The notes: generated by a model from the sequence alone, not told the origin. 64,000 bases of DNA from Lysobacteraceae bacterium (GCA_041395245.1 JAWLAY010000023.1:7351-71350); one strand, 5' to 3'. Shown: positions 47,475 to 59,425, numbered from the stretch's first letter. Program-made: numbers and translations.

Positions 47475-48620
47475 TCAGTTCAGTTGGAATCGGCCGAGGC
47501 CTTTTTCACCCGCCACGATGACCGCGCGGTTTTCCAGTGCCAGCGCGTTCGACAGTACCGGCGACTCCTGCTCCGTATCGCTGTAGGTCTGCAATACGAA
47601 TTGCCCGGCTCCCGCCGCGCGATACAACACCGTTCCGTTGTTACCGACGAGGAAGACGCTACCGTCCGGCGTCAGCGCCCCGCCCTGCAAGGTCGCCTCG
47701 GTCGCGGTATCCAGCTCGACCCAGGTGTCCCCGAAATCCATCGTTTCCTGCACATGACCGCGCAGACCGTAGGCCAGAAAATGACCTTCACCGAGCGCCA
47801 GAACTCCGAACATGGAACCGTCGTAAGGCAGACTCAAACGCTCCCAGCTCTGACCACCATCGCGAGAACGGAACGCGGCAGCGCGTTCACCGACCACCAT
47901 CAACTGACCCGCCGCATCGCGGGCAATGCCGTTCAGGTGTGGATCGTCTTCCTCGTCCAGCACCAGGGCATCGGCGTCCATCGTCCAGTCATCGCTGGCC
48001 TGATCCTCGCCACCGTCCGCAGCCAGCGCCGCAGCATCCGATTCTTCGGCTTCTGGTTCAGCCTCACCGGCGGGCTTGGCATTGGGATCGATCTTGATCC
48101 AGGTCTGTCCACCATCGTCCGATCGAAGCATGAGACTGTAGGCACCGACGGCAATCACCTGCTGCGCGTTCAATGCCAGCACATCCAGCAGCGGTGCGCC
48201 CTGGGTGGGATCGAAGGCGTCCCAGTCGGCGTCATCGGGCATCGGTTTCCAGACATCCTGACGCTGCACGGTCCAGGTCAGACCACCGTCTGCGCTGAAC
48301 AGGATGAGGCCATCATGCCCCACCGCCCAAGCCGACTCTCCGGCGGTGGTGACGGCGGTCAGATTGGAACGCGAAGGCACCTTTTCCACCTGCCGCCAAT
48401 CGCTGCGCGACTCGGACACCAGCACATGGCCGCGCTCTCCGACGGCGATGGCGCGACTGTCTCCATTGGTCAGATCCAGCACGAGCGCACGCGATGTGGC
48501 AAGCGGCATGGGTTCCGCCATCAGTAGGGGCGCGGAGTCGTCCTGCGCGGTGACGCCCAAGGTCGCCGCCGTCAATGTCACCGCGACGAGTATCGAAAGC
48601 TTGCTGGCGAGTGTCTTCAT
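47475..48620 (-). CDS. YCF48/BNR-repeat beta-propeller protein
   Basis: AVGERGHVL.S, AVGHDGLIL.SADGG.TW, S.DGGQSW repeats; signal peptide; acidic insert. Confidence 0.88.
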   Translation of the reverse strand: MKTLASKLSILVAVTLTAATLGVTAQDDSAPLLMAEPMPLATSRALVLDLTNGDSRAIAVGERGHVLVSESRSDWRQVEKVPSRSNLTAVTTAGESAWAVGHDGLILFSADGGLTWTVQRQDVWKPMPDDADWDAFDPTQGAPLLDVLALNAQQVIAVGAYSLMLRSDDGGQTWIKIDPNAKPAGEAEPEAEESDAAALAADGGEDQASDDWTMDADALVLDEEDDPHLNGIARDAAGQLMVVGERAAAFRSRDGGQSWERLSLPYDGSMFGVLALGEGHFLAYGLRGHVQETMDFGDTWVELDTATEATLQGGALTPDGSVFLVGNNGTVLYRAAGAGQFVLQTYSDTEQESPVLSNALALENRAVIVAGEKGLGRFQLN

Positions 48621-48677
48621 GCCTGTCCTGAACAATCATGGAAATCGGTGAATCTGCATCGACATGATGCCTGCGGC

Positions 48678-48711
48678 AAAAAAACAGCCGCGACGCGAGC
48701 GTCGCGGCTGT
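48678..48711 (-). terminator. Intrinsic terminator inside the operon, after DUF1329
   Basis: acagccgcgacgc-ga-gcgtcgcggctgt hairpin followed on the minus strand by a T7 run. Confidence 0.8.
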
Positions 48712-48768
48712 CGATCCATCCTATTGCGGGCCTGGCCCGCGCAACTCGCTCACGCGAGCCGATCAGGA

Positions 48769-50124
48769 TCAGCGAACGCCACGTCCGCGAAGGTTCTGCG
48801 GGTTGTAATCGTCGGGCCCACTCTGGTGCGAGAAGTCAACGATTTCGTCCTGATTGTCGAGGCCGCTGGCCATGTAGCGACCAGACTTCAGATCATGATG
48901 GTTTTCCATCGTGGTCCAGAACACCGGCACTTCGTAGTACGTGATGGAGGGCGCTTCCGAATACCGCCACAGATTGCCCTGACTATCGTAGTGATCCATG
49001 GTCAGAATCTGCCAGCTGTCTTCGTCAACATAGAAGGTGCGGCGCGGATTGATGTGGCGCTTGCCTTCCTTGAGCGTGGCTTCCACCACCCAGACGCGAT
49101 GCAACTCGTAACGCAGGTAGTCGGGGTTGAGGTGGTTCGGCGTCAGCATGTCGGCCAGCACCGACTTGTCGCTGTGCGCCTTGTAGGAGTTGTACGGCAC
49201 GTACATTTCCTGCTTGCCCACCAGTTTCCAGTCGTAACGATCCAGCGCACCGTTGAACATGTCGGTCATGTCATTGGTACGCAGACCGTCCGAGGCAGTG
49301 CCGGGGTTGTCGTAGGCCACGTTCGGCGCACGACGCACACGGCGCTGACCTGGGTTGTAGACCCAAGCCTGTCGCATCTGTGCCTGCTGGTTCAGGGTTT
49401 CATGCACCAGCAAGACCTGACCGGCCAGACGCGCCGGGCTCTCAACGACCTGATAGAAATACAGCAGGATGTTGTTGATGTCGGCGATGGTGTTGCCCGG
49501 CTTGTAGTAGAGGCCGAGGAACTCTTCACGCAGGCGAACCAGGTTGTACTGCCCACCCGGTGCGACAGCGGCCTGATTGTTCCAGCGCGCACTCGACACG
49601 CCCTTGAACTTCATCTTGTGATTCCAGATGACTTCCTGGCCGTTTTGCGGAATCGGGAAAGGCACACCCTCCGCTGCGTTCTCGACGCCGTCGCCACCGG
49701 CGGTCAGATTGGCCGTGGTCGCATTCTTGATCGAGAAGTCATAGGTACGCTGCGGGAACGCCGCCGTCCGGTGGGTGGGATAGATGTCCATCCGGAAGGT
49801 CGGGTAGCGCGCAAACATCGCCTCCTGCCCGGCGGTCAACTGGTCGGCGTACTGTTTGTAGTTCGCCGGTGTGATGCTCAGGACCGGCTTTTCCGCCGCG
49901 AACGGATCGGGATGGTGATCACCAACCTTGTAGCCGGCAGGCGGCGTGGTCAAACCGCCGTCCCATGCCGGAATCGTCCCAGCGGCATTGCCCGCCTTCT
50001 CCGCACCCATGGGCGTCAGATCCTTGCCCAGGCGAGCAGCCTGATCGGCGCCGACTGCCGCGATGGCACCACTGCCAAAGGTCAGCCCAGCCAGCGCCAG
50101 TGCGAGATAGTTGAAGTTACGCAT
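48769..50124 (-). CDS. DUF1329 family periplasmic protein (LolA-like C-terminus)
   Basis: LTPMGAEKAGNAAGTIPAWDGG, PFPIPQNG.EVIWNH, RQAWVYNPGQRRVRRAP and RYELHRVWVVEATLK. Confidence 0.92.
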   Translation of the reverse strand: MRNFNYLALALAGLTFGSGAIAAVGADQAARLGKDLTPMGAEKAGNAAGTIPAWDGGLTTPPAGYKVGDHHPDPFAAEKPVLSITPANYKQYADQLTAGQEAMFARYPTFRMDIYPTHRTAAFPQRTYDFSIKNATTANLTAGGDGVENAAEGVPFPIPQNGQEVIWNHKMKFKGVSSARWNNQAAVAPGGQYNLVRLREEFLGLYYKPGNTIADINNILLYFYQVVESPARLAGQVLLVHETLNQQAQMRQAWVYNPGQRRVRRAPNVAYDNPGTASDGLRTNDMTDMFNGALDRYDWKLVGKQEMYVPYNSYKAHSDKSVLADMLTPNHLNPDYLRYELHRVWVVEATLKEGKRHINPRRTFYVDEDSWQILTMDHYDSQGNLWRYSEAPSITYYEVPVFWTTMENHHDLKSGRYMASGLDNQDEIVDFSHQSGPDDYNPQNLRGRGVR

Positions 50125-50144
50125 GCTGATGTCTCCCTCGGGCC

Positions 50145-52010
50145 TTAGAACGAGTATTTGGCAGTGACGGCAAAGAAGTCGCGATCACTGGTGAGGTTGT
50201 AGATGCCGCCACCCATGAAGGCCGTGTAGGAGACATCGAACACCCAGCGATTCAGGTAATTGGCTTCGACACCCAAGGTGGCCGACTTGCGATCTTCAAT
50301 GAAGTTGCCGCCGGGTCCGGGCGAGGTGCCATTCACGTCATGATTGAAGGCGATGCGCGGCGAGAGGTTGATGGCCTTGCCTGCAACGCTGTTGTAGTCC
50401 GCCTTGGCGGCAAGACGATAGCCCCAAGAGAACTGCGTCGGGAAGCCGAAGCAGGAGGTGTAGGGATTGCGTCCGTTACCGGTCGCCGCATCCGGACCAC
50501 AGCCTGTATCGGTGCCGTCGCCCTGATAGCGCAAGACATCCAGTGTCGGCAGATCCCACACCTTGGTGGCACCAAACTCCGCCACGGTGGAGATCTGGTC
50601 TGCAGCGAGGAAATTGCCGGGGCCGATCACCTTGGTAAAGGTGAACTGCAACTGGCTCACTTCATGGCGCTCATAGCCACGCAGATATTGTTCCGGCGTC
50701 GCCTGACCCAACTGGCTGACAAAGCGCAGGTAGGGCTCCGCGATCAGCACGTTGAGCGGGCTCAGACCAGCAAACAGGATTTCCTCGGCGTCGATCTGCA
50801 GCGGCATGTTGTCGCGGTAGCTCAGTTCACCCTGGAAGGCGACACCGGCCGGCAACATCGTGTTCCAGCTCAAGCCGTAGAGGTTGATGTCTTCCGGGTA
50901 TTCGATGAAATAGCGACCCGACGTCGTGGACGCGTTGGCCACGGCAGTACCGGAGATGTAGGGCAAACGACTGTGGTAGCGCAGGTAGTACAGACCGAAC
51001 TCGGTATCGTTCAGCTCCGAAGCGAAATAGCGCATCGCCAGACCGTACTGACCGCTGTCACTGGCCTCGTTGTCGGCGGCCCGTGGGAACGCGGCCGCAC
51101 AGCGCGGATCCGCCGCAGGGTTGGTGCGGCAAACGTTGTAGTCCGCCGGCTCATCGACCAGGCCGAAGTTCAGCATAACGAACTCGCCACCCGTCAAACC
51201 GAAGTCGTTGTTGGCGAAGTAGGTACCTGATGGCTCCACTTCCGTGGACTTCCACTCGAACATGTACAGCGCCTCGACAGCCAGATTGTCGGTCAGATTG
51301 AACGAGGCCCAAGCCGAGTTGATCGGGAGGAACGCTTCTTTCAACTCCGCGCCTGCCACGCGCAGACGTGACACGTCCACCGGGTTGATGGCGTTGATGC
51401 CGCCCTGGATGAAGGTACTTTCGCCCCAGCTCACCACCTGTTTACCCACGCGGAAGTTACCCGTCACCGCATCGCCGAAAGCGAAGTCGCGGAAGACGAA
51501 TGCATCCAGCAGGCGAACGCGATTGCCAATCTGGTCCTTGGCCACATCGGTGATGTCGTCACGATCCATGGTTTCGAAGTCGTAGAAACCCGTACCGCGG
51601 ACGAACGCCCCCCAGCCACGCCAGTCCAGGCTCAGTTCAGTCGTCAGACCGATGGCGTTGGAAATCAGATCGCCCTTGTCGTACTTCAGGTTGCCGTCGT
51701 CCGAGTTGACCGAAAAACGACCAGGCGCCGCCAAGGCAAGCGCCTGCGCTTCGACATAGCGCCCTTGTGCCTGCAGCGCAGAAACCTGTGCGCCAATGGT
51801 CGGGTCCAGATTGACCTTGCCGATCAAACGGTCATCGCGATCCTGCGCACGCACGGAGGCGCCCCAGGTGATGGTGGTATCGATGGAGCCCGTCAGGTCG
51901 CCACGGCTGAACTCGACGGCGAATGCATTCTGGGCGAGCAATGCCGCAGACACCGCGAAACTGAGTGGAGCGATGCGGCGCAAGCGGAGATTCAATGGTT
52001 TGCTGATCAT
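50145..52010 (-). CDS. DUF1302 family outer-membrane protein
   Basis: NSDDGNL.YDKGD, RVGKQVVSWGES.F, YHSRLP, Y.EDI.LYG.S and C-terminal DRDF..VTAKYSF. Confidence 0.92.
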   Translation of the reverse strand: MISKPLNLRLRRIAPLSFAVSAALLAQNAFAVEFSRGDLTGSIDTTITWGASVRAQDRDDRLIGKVNLDPTIGAQVSALQAQGRYVEAQALALAAPGRFSVNSDDGNLKYDKGDLISNAIGLTTELSLDWRGWGAFVRGTGFYDFETMDRDDITDVAKDQIGNRVRLLDAFVFRDFAFGDAVTGNFRVGKQVVSWGESTFIQGGINAINPVDVSRLRVAGAELKEAFLPINSAWASFNLTDNLAVEALYMFEWKSTEVEPSGTYFANNDFGLTGGEFVMLNFGLVDEPADYNVCRTNPAADPRCAAAFPRAADNEASDSGQYGLAMRYFASELNDTEFGLYYLRYHSRLPYISGTAVANASTTSGRYFIEYPEDINLYGLSWNTMLPAGVAFQGELSYRDNMPLQIDAEEILFAGLSPLNVLIAEPYLRFVSQLGQATPEQYLRGYERHEVSQLQFTFTKVIGPGNFLAADQISTVAEFGATKVWDLPTLDVLRYQGDGTDTGCGPDAATGNGRNPYTSCFGFPTQFSWGYRLAAKADYNSVAGKAINLSPRIAFNHDVNGTSPGPGGNFIEDRKSATLGVEANYLNRWVFDVSYTAFMGGGIYNLTSDRDFFAVTAKYSF

Positions 52011-52031
52011 GTGTCTTTCCTTGATGTCGGC

Positions 52032-54179
52032 TTACTGCGCGCGGATAACGGCGGGGTTCTGGATAAGCACCGTGGTGCCGCCGGAGGCGAGGAAGCTGGC
52101 CATTTGACCCTGCATTTCCATCGTTGCCGCCAGTGAGGCGGCAGGCGACAGAAGGGACCCATGATCACCCGCCACGAAACGCACCACGCCGCGAACGCCG
52201 GTCGCCGACTGCGTGGTGGCAGTCAAGGGTGACAGGCCCAGTGCGCGAATCAGTGGCTCGGTGCCGGACAGGGGCGCACCGGCTACCGCGTTCGGAATCA
52301 CCTGATCGGGCAACACGTCGCTTCCGTTTCCGACCACTTCGTGCAACAGGATCGACTTCAGCGGCGTCGCAAACGCGTAGTTGATCGGATCTGCCGAGTC
52401 GATGACCTGCTGGGTTGCGCCGAAGAAGCTGTCATAGGTCGCGGTGCCGGGCTGCAGACCCGCCGAGGCAGCCAGACCAGCGCGGATGCGCGGACCGAAG
52501 GTGGGCGAGGCTTCGAGCAAGCGCGCGATGCCGCCGCCGGGCACCGACAAGACTGCCTGATTGACGGTCGGCTCCAAGGCCACGAACTGGGTTCCCACGA
52601 TGGAGCCCAGCGACTGCCCGGTAAAGGCAATGCGCGAACCGTCGAAGTCGGCACCATTGCCGTCGAAATCAATGCTGGGGATGGTCTTGGCCAGAACGAA
52701 CAGGTCCGCCACGCCCTGACGCACGTTGTCACGCGAAGTCAGCAGTGAGGACAGATTGATGAAGTGCGTGCCGGAATCGTCCGCGTTGCCGTCGGGACCG
52801 GCGGCACCGGTGCTGTTGTCGACGTAATCGACCGCAAAGGTGCGTTCATTGGCGACCGGACCGAACGGCGAATTCTCGATATTGAACGGGCTGCTCGTGG
52901 GCAGGCCGTGCAAGGGCAGATCGATGGCAACGACCGCGAACCCTTGTGCCGCGAGGGTGGCAGAAATGGCCAACGCATCCGAACGATTGCGGGTGATGCC
53001 GTGCTGGAAGATCACCACGGGCCAGCCCGCTTCAGGCTTGGTACGACCCGAACTGGCGTTCGGCACCGTCGCAATTACCGGGACCGTCTGCGTGCCGGTC
53101 GGCACCGGAATCGGATTGGCAAATGTGATGTTGGTGGACGTTGGATCGAGCCCGGCATTCGCCAGCGCTTCGATGTAGGCCCCAGGAGCGGCCTTCCAGA
53201 ATCCGTTCAAGGGCGCGATGGGATTCTCTGCACTCGGTGCAGACAGGTAATAAGGAACCGTCAGCGTACCGATGTAGATGTCCGCAATCGGCGGCAATCC
53301 GGCAGCCGAGGTGTTCATGCCCGTCGGCACCAACGTGGCGGCGCCGGGCTGGGTGATCGCACGGACCGTCTGCATGACCGGCGTTACGCTCTGCGTGGTG
53401 GCAACCCACGACACGACCACTTCACTGCTGGGAATACCCGCTGCAGCGGCCACGGCGAGATGCGAATTGGTCAGCTGACGCAAGGGCTCCAGCGCACAGG
53501 CGGTGGCCGTCGGCAACATCGGCTCGGTGCTGGCCCCGCCGGAGCAGAGCGGCGCGGTGCGCTTGGTGAGGAAGTAGGTCTGCTCGGGGGTGGCGTCGTT
53601 GCCACGCGCATCGCGCACGTCGTCGGTCACCACCACCATGTAGGAAGTGAGCTGTGCCAGCGGCTTGAGCGGAACAATGGCGAAGGTGCGACCCGTCGCA
53701 TCGGTGGACACCGGCGCCGTGACGAAATCGACACCCGCCGTCAGTTCGCGGGTTAGCCCCGTGGTGCCGCCGCCTGGTCCGGACAGAGTTACCTGGAACA
53801 TGCGGACCGACTGGCCCGGAACCACGGTTGCGGGATTGGGCGCCGCGCTGAACGAGAAGGTCCACGGCGTGGTGGTGCTCCAGCCGTCGAGGCTGTTCAG
53901 CGCCACCTGCGGATTGCTGAAATCGGCCGGATTGGCCGTTCCCAGTGGAATGTTCAAGGTCAAGTCACGCGTACCTGACAACAGCAGGTTGTTCGGCAGG
54001 GGAATGACGCCCGCTGAAGGATTGAAGCGTGCGGTGATGACGCCATTGACGGCGCTTCCACTGTCATTGGTGGCGGGTGCGGTGGCGACGGCGCGTGGGC
54101 TGTTGCTGGAGCTGCTGCAAGCAGAGAGCAGCAACGCCGACAGGGCCATCGACAGGGTCAATCGAGCCTGCATGTTCAT
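52032..54179 (-). CDS. Lipoprotein lipase/phospholipase, VolA/Pla-1-like
   Basis: Lipobox LLSA|C; PLPNNLL, NSLDGWST, IFQHGIT, nucleophile GQSLG and GDHGSLL. Confidence 0.88.
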   Translation of the reverse strand: MNMQARLTLSMALSALLLSACSSSSNSPRAVATAPATNDSGSAVNGVITARFNPSAGVIPLPNNLLLSGTRDLTLNIPLGTANPADFSNPQVALNSLDGWSTTTPWTFSFSAAPNPATVVPGQSVRMFQVTLSGPGGGTTGLTRELTAGVDFVTAPVSTDATGRTFAIVPLKPLAQLTSYMVVVTDDVRDARGNDATPEQTYFLTKRTAPLCSGGASTEPMLPTATACALEPLRQLTNSHLAVAAAAGIPSSEVVVSWVATTQSVTPVMQTVRAITQPGAATLVPTGMNTSAAGLPPIADIYIGTLTVPYYLSAPSAENPIAPLNGFWKAAPGAYIEALANAGLDPTSTNITFANPIPVPTGTQTVPVIATVPNASSGRTKPEAGWPVVIFQHGITRNRSDALAISATLAAQGFAVVAIDLPLHGLPTSSPFNIENSPFGPVANERTFAVDYVDNSTGAAGPDGNADDSGTHFINLSSLLTSRDNVRQGVADLFVLAKTIPSIDFDGNGADFDGSRIAFTGQSLGSIVGTQFVALEPTVNQAVLSVPGGGIARLLEASPTFGPRIRAGLAASAGLQPGTATYDSFFGATQQVIDSADPINYAFATPLKSILLHEVVGNGSDVLPDQVIPNAVAGAPLSGTEPLIRALGLSPLTATTQSATGVRGVVRFVAGDHGSLLSPAASLAATMEMQGQMASFLASGGTTVLIQNPAVIRAQ

Positions 54180-54221
54180 GTCCTTCTGGTGACCGGGGTG
54201 ATGAATCAGGCGTTAATGTAA

Positions 54222-54290
54222 CCAGCGCTTGCAAGCGCTGGCAATTCTCTGCCGTATGGTCACAGGCATCACTAATGTTGCTTTGCAACA
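54222..54290. promoter_or_regulatory. Two palindromes upstream of the lipase operon (candidate operators)
   Basis: Perfect 20-bp palindrome ccagcgcttgcaagcgctgg (54222-54241) and tgttgc-ttt-gcaaca (54276-54290). Confidence 0.45.
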
Positions 54291-54397
54291 GTTGCCTTGA
54301 AATGTCACTGCACAGCACCCGGCGAGCCCGTGGAGGGTTGCTGGCGAAAGCATACGACGCGATGGGCCGATAACCTCCTTAAGCCGTTGATTTGGAG

Positions 54398-55318
54398 TCA
54401 TGCCGGCCCGTCGCCGAAGTCCTCTGCGGTCGGATGGAAGCAACGCGGCGCGACCGAAAAGGACTGCCAGTCGCCGCCATCGGCGACCTGATCTTCGTAA
54501 ACGCGCTGCAACATCGATAGTTTTGATGCCCACGGCTCACCGCGCCTCACCAGCCACATCAGAAGCGCTTTCAGCGCAGGATCGGGAATCCGGACAACAC
54601 GCGGTGACGGTCGCAGCGTTCGCAGTACGCGTTGCCAGATTTCGATCCAGTCGACGGCCTCCGGACCGGGCAACCGATGGATGCCGGTCGACGCGCGTTC
54701 GGCGGTCGTGGCATGGAGGATCACCCGAGCGATATCCGCCGCATGCACGGGCTGGCGCAAGCCCTGCGCACGCGCGGGCCACGGCAGCACACGCCACCGT
54801 GCCGCCAGACGACGCATCGGTGTCAGGGTGCGATCCACACCCGCGCCATAGATCAACCCGCAGCGCAGGATGCAGCAGTCGGCACCGAGTGCCTCGGCAC
54901 GCGCAAGCACGCGCTGCTCCGCCGCCTGCAGGCGTATCGCGAGTGCCGCATCGACGGCATTCACCGAGGCCCATTTCCATTGCGCACTCAACGAGGACAG
55001 GCAGACGATTCGTAGCCCAGACGGGACGAGCGTGCGCTCCAGCAGATCCACGAAGTGATCAAGCGGACCCGCGCAGATCAGGCTGCCCGGCGTCGCGTCT
55101 GGCCAGTTCAGATCCACGCTCTGCAGGTCGGCCTGCTGCCACACCAGGTCGTCCGTTGTGGTCGCGGGCTGCGGCTGTCGACTGTAGGCCACCACGCGCA
55201 TCCCGCTCGACCGCAGCAGCGGCAGAAGGAAACGTCCGACTGCACCGGTCGCGCCCCACACGTGTGCGATGCCGTGTGCGTCGGCAGGGCGTGCGTCCTG
55301 ATGTCTGCATTGCTCCAT
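54398..55318 (-). CDS. NAD-dependent epimerase/dehydratase (SDR) family protein
   Basis: GATGAVG Rossmann motif, LSSLS, ILRCGLIYG, RQPVHAADIA. Confidence 0.8.
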   Translation of the reverse strand: MEQCRHQDARPADAHGIAHVWGATGAVGRFLLPLLRSSGMRVVAYSRQPQPATTTDDLVWQQADLQSVDLNWPDATPGSLICAGPLDHFVDLLERTLVPSGLRIVCLSSLSAQWKWASVNAVDAALAIRLQAAEQRVLARAEALGADCCILRCGLIYGAGVDRTLTPMRRLAARWRVLPWPARAQGLRQPVHAADIARVILHATTAERASTGIHRLPGPEAVDWIEIWQRVLRTLRPSPRVVRIPDPALKALLMWLVRRGEPWASKLSMLQRVYEDQVADGGDWQSFSVAPRCFHPTAEDFGDGPA

Positions 55319-55400
55319 CCGCTATCCCGATCCACGATGGCAAGATCACATGATGCGCATCCCGCCCGAGGCGTGCCAAGCACGAAGGACCCAAGCACCG

Positions 55401-55778
55401 GTGAGTAATCCCAACCCAACCACGCCGATTGCCGATACAGCGCCAGATCACCACGCCAGACACCTGTGCCTGCGCATGATGGTCGATGCCGTCAACCAGA
55501 CTGCCGCCGAACACCTGGCTGCCACGCTCGCTTCGACACTCTGCTTGGGCACGACGAGCGACGTTGAATCGATCGAGCGCTACCCCAAGTTCGATGCCTG
55601 CTACGAGATCACCCTCGAATTGCCGGGCGGTGCCGCCACTGATGTTCTCGCCATCAGCCCCGAAGGCTGGACCGACGCGGATTTCGCAGGCGATGGTTCG
55701 GCGGTGTGGAATCGCGAGGAAGGCCGATATTTCCTGCTTACCCAGGTCCGCTGGGCCGAGCTCTACTGGAGGCAGTGA
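55401..55778 (+). CDS. Small hypothetical protein
   Basis: Open frame with plausible globular C-terminal half (ERYPKFDACYEI...VRWAELYWRQ) filling the gap between two minus-strand genes; start uncertain. Confidence 0.45.
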   Translation: MSNPNPTTPIADTAPDHHARHLCLRMMVDAVNQTAAEHLAATLASTLCLGTTSDVESIERYPKFDACYEITLELPGGAATDVLAISPEGWTDADFAGDGSAVWNREEGRYFLLTQVRWAELYWRQ

Positions 55779-55889
55779 CCCCGCGTCTACTTCGCAGCGT
55801 CAAGGGAAACGACCTCAGCGCGGGCGATAGGCGTTTCTTCAGATCGCGAGATGGAAACGACGCTGTCGGCATTCCGCTTCGACAGACTC

Positions 55890-57143
55890 CTAGACACCCA
55901 GCACCAGATCTTCGGCAACCACCTGATCGATGCGAATCTGGTTGGCGAACAGGGAAAACGCCAGAAATCCCGCCAGTCCGTTGGCACGCTGTGCCCAGGG
56001 CGGCAGATACAAGGGTTCGGCGATGGTGCCGTCCTCGAACAAGGGCTCGAGCGTGAACACGTCATGCAAGGCCATCTTGCCCGCAAACAGCAGATGGGTC
56101 AGCCGCGGGCGACGGTGTTTCAAGGCCCAGCGAAAGAAAGTGTGCACGCTCAACATGCCATGCAGGTAGACCGCATCCTTGGTGAACGCGGCACCGCCAC
56201 TGGTGGGACAACCGCGAAACACGCGCTGCGCGGATGAAAAGCTCTCGGCTTCGCTCTGCCCCTGTTCGAGGAAGTAACGAAACACGTCGATGAAGTCCGC
56301 GCCGTTCAGCGCCATGTCGATGGCGAGGATGCGCAAGGACAAACGCTTCAGTCGCGGCAGGTCGATGGCGCCGGTGATCAGCTCGGCGAAGGTCGCCAGC
56401 CCTTCCTGCGTGGCGATCACTCGCGGCGCGGTGCGCGACAGACTGCGCACATGCGGCTGCTCGCGACCATTCAGTCCGGTCAGCGAGTGCACGAAGGCTT
56501 CGTGCTCCAGCAACTGGCGCAGATCGTATTCGGTGAATGCGGTATCGGCGCGCAGACGAATGCGGGTTGGCCCGGCCGCCGCCTTCGCAATCAGGTCGGG
56601 ATCGATCTCGACAGTCACCCGATGGCCGACAAAGAACCGGTCCAGTGCGGTCTGTAACTCATCGCGCATGACCTCGGCGGACAGCACGTAGTCCGGTTCA
56701 CTGATCGATGCCTCACCGTCCACCCCATCGGCAATCGCAATGAAGTGTCGGGCCGCATCGACATTGGTCAGCGTCGATCCCGGCAAGCGGTCGCCGGGTC
56801 GCCCGAACAGACGCTGCGAATGCAGACTCACTTCGGCATCGCCAACGCTCTGGATCAGCTCGGCGGCCACCAGCCAACTGTCGGCGGTTCGACAGAGGTA
56901 CTCGCCCATCGGGCATGCGGGATCGGACTGCGCATGAATGGCCTGAAGAACCGAGATGGTGTCGCTCAGGTCACGTCGCAGGTAATCCGGCATCGGCAGA
57001 CGCGGCTGTCCGGCACGCCAGTTCTGCAGAAACGTCGCCTGCGTCGCCATCGGCCAACTCACCGCCGACAGCAAGCGAATTCGCTGCACGGCGTCGAGCA
57101 AACGGGCATCCAGTGCCAAGTGGTGTTGCAACGACGGCGTCAT
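55890..57143 (-). CDS. DUF1704 / QEGLA-motif metallopeptidase-like protein (MATCAP-like)
   Basis: HEAFVH (HExxxH), ATQEGLA and FTKDAVYL.G. Confidence 0.85.
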   Translation of the reverse strand: MTPSLQHHLALDARLLDAVQRIRLLSAVSWPMATQATFLQNWRAGQPRLPMPDYLRRDLSDTISVLQAIHAQSDPACPMGEYLCRTADSWLVAAELIQSVGDAEVSLHSQRLFGRPGDRLPGSTLTNVDAARHFIAIADGVDGEASISEPDYVLSAEVMRDELQTALDRFFVGHRVTVEIDPDLIAKAAAGPTRIRLRADTAFTEYDLRQLLEHEAFVHSLTGLNGREQPHVRSLSRTAPRVIATQEGLATFAELITGAIDLPRLKRLSLRILAIDMALNGADFIDVFRYFLEQGQSEAESFSSAQRVFRGCPTSGGAAFTKDAVYLHGMLSVHTFFRWALKHRRPRLTHLLFAGKMALHDVFTLEPLFEDGTIAEPLYLPPWAQRANGLAGFLAFSLFANQIRIDQVVAEDLVLGV

Positions 57144-57287
57144 CCTCCCTCCCGGGAAGCGGTGCAGAGGTCGATGGTAGCCGCGTTGGTCATTTTTCTG
57201 CTGCCCTCTTGAAACGCCCGACAGGCCGCCCCACATCGCGGAGACCCCGACGACCGCTGTTCACTGCGGTCTTTTCGTCGGCTAAAC

Positions 57288-57314
57288 TTGGCACTCACCC
57301 AAGGCGAGTGCTAA
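57288..57314 (+). promoter_or_regulatory. CIRCE element (HrcA operator) upstream of groESL
   Basis: TTGGCACTC-N9-GAGTGCTAA, one mismatch to the consensus TTAGCACTC-N9-GAGTGCTAA. Confidence 0.9.
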
Positions 57315-57360
57315 CAACCCTTGGACCTTTCAATCCAATCAGTGACTTAACGAGGATCCC

Positions 57361-57648
57361 ATGAACCTGAAACCCCTGCATGATCGCGTCGTCATCAAGC
57401 GCATGGAAGAAGAGCGCCTGTCCGCTGGCGGCATCGTGATCCCCGACAGCGCCACCGAAAAACCCATCCGCGGTGAAGTGCTGGCCGTCGGCGCGGGCAA
57501 GCCGCTCGACAATGGCAGCGTGCGCGCACCCGCCGTGAAGGTCGGTGACAAGGTGCTGTTCGGCAAGTACAGCGGTACCGAAGTGAAGCTCGACGGCACC
57601 GAATATCTGGTGGTTCGCGAAGACGACATCTTTGCCGTGATCGGTTGA
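57361..57648 (+). CDS. groES: Co-chaperonin GroES
   Basis: [14 protein letters not shown]...[21 protein letters not shown]. Confidence 0.98.
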   Translation: MNLKPLHDRVVIKRMEEERLSAGGIVIPDSATEKPIRGEVLAVGAGKPLDNGSVRAPAVKVGDKVLFGKYSGTEVKLDGTEYLVVREDDIFAVIG

Positions 57649-57705
57649 TCCGCTGGATCACGCCGCGCCGCACGCAGCGATCACCGCTTGCGCGCAGCGC
57701 GCTGA

Positions 57706-59394
<1,689 letters not shown>

Positions 59395-59425
59395 GTCCGG
59401 CCACACCAAGCGTCATGCGTTGAAC

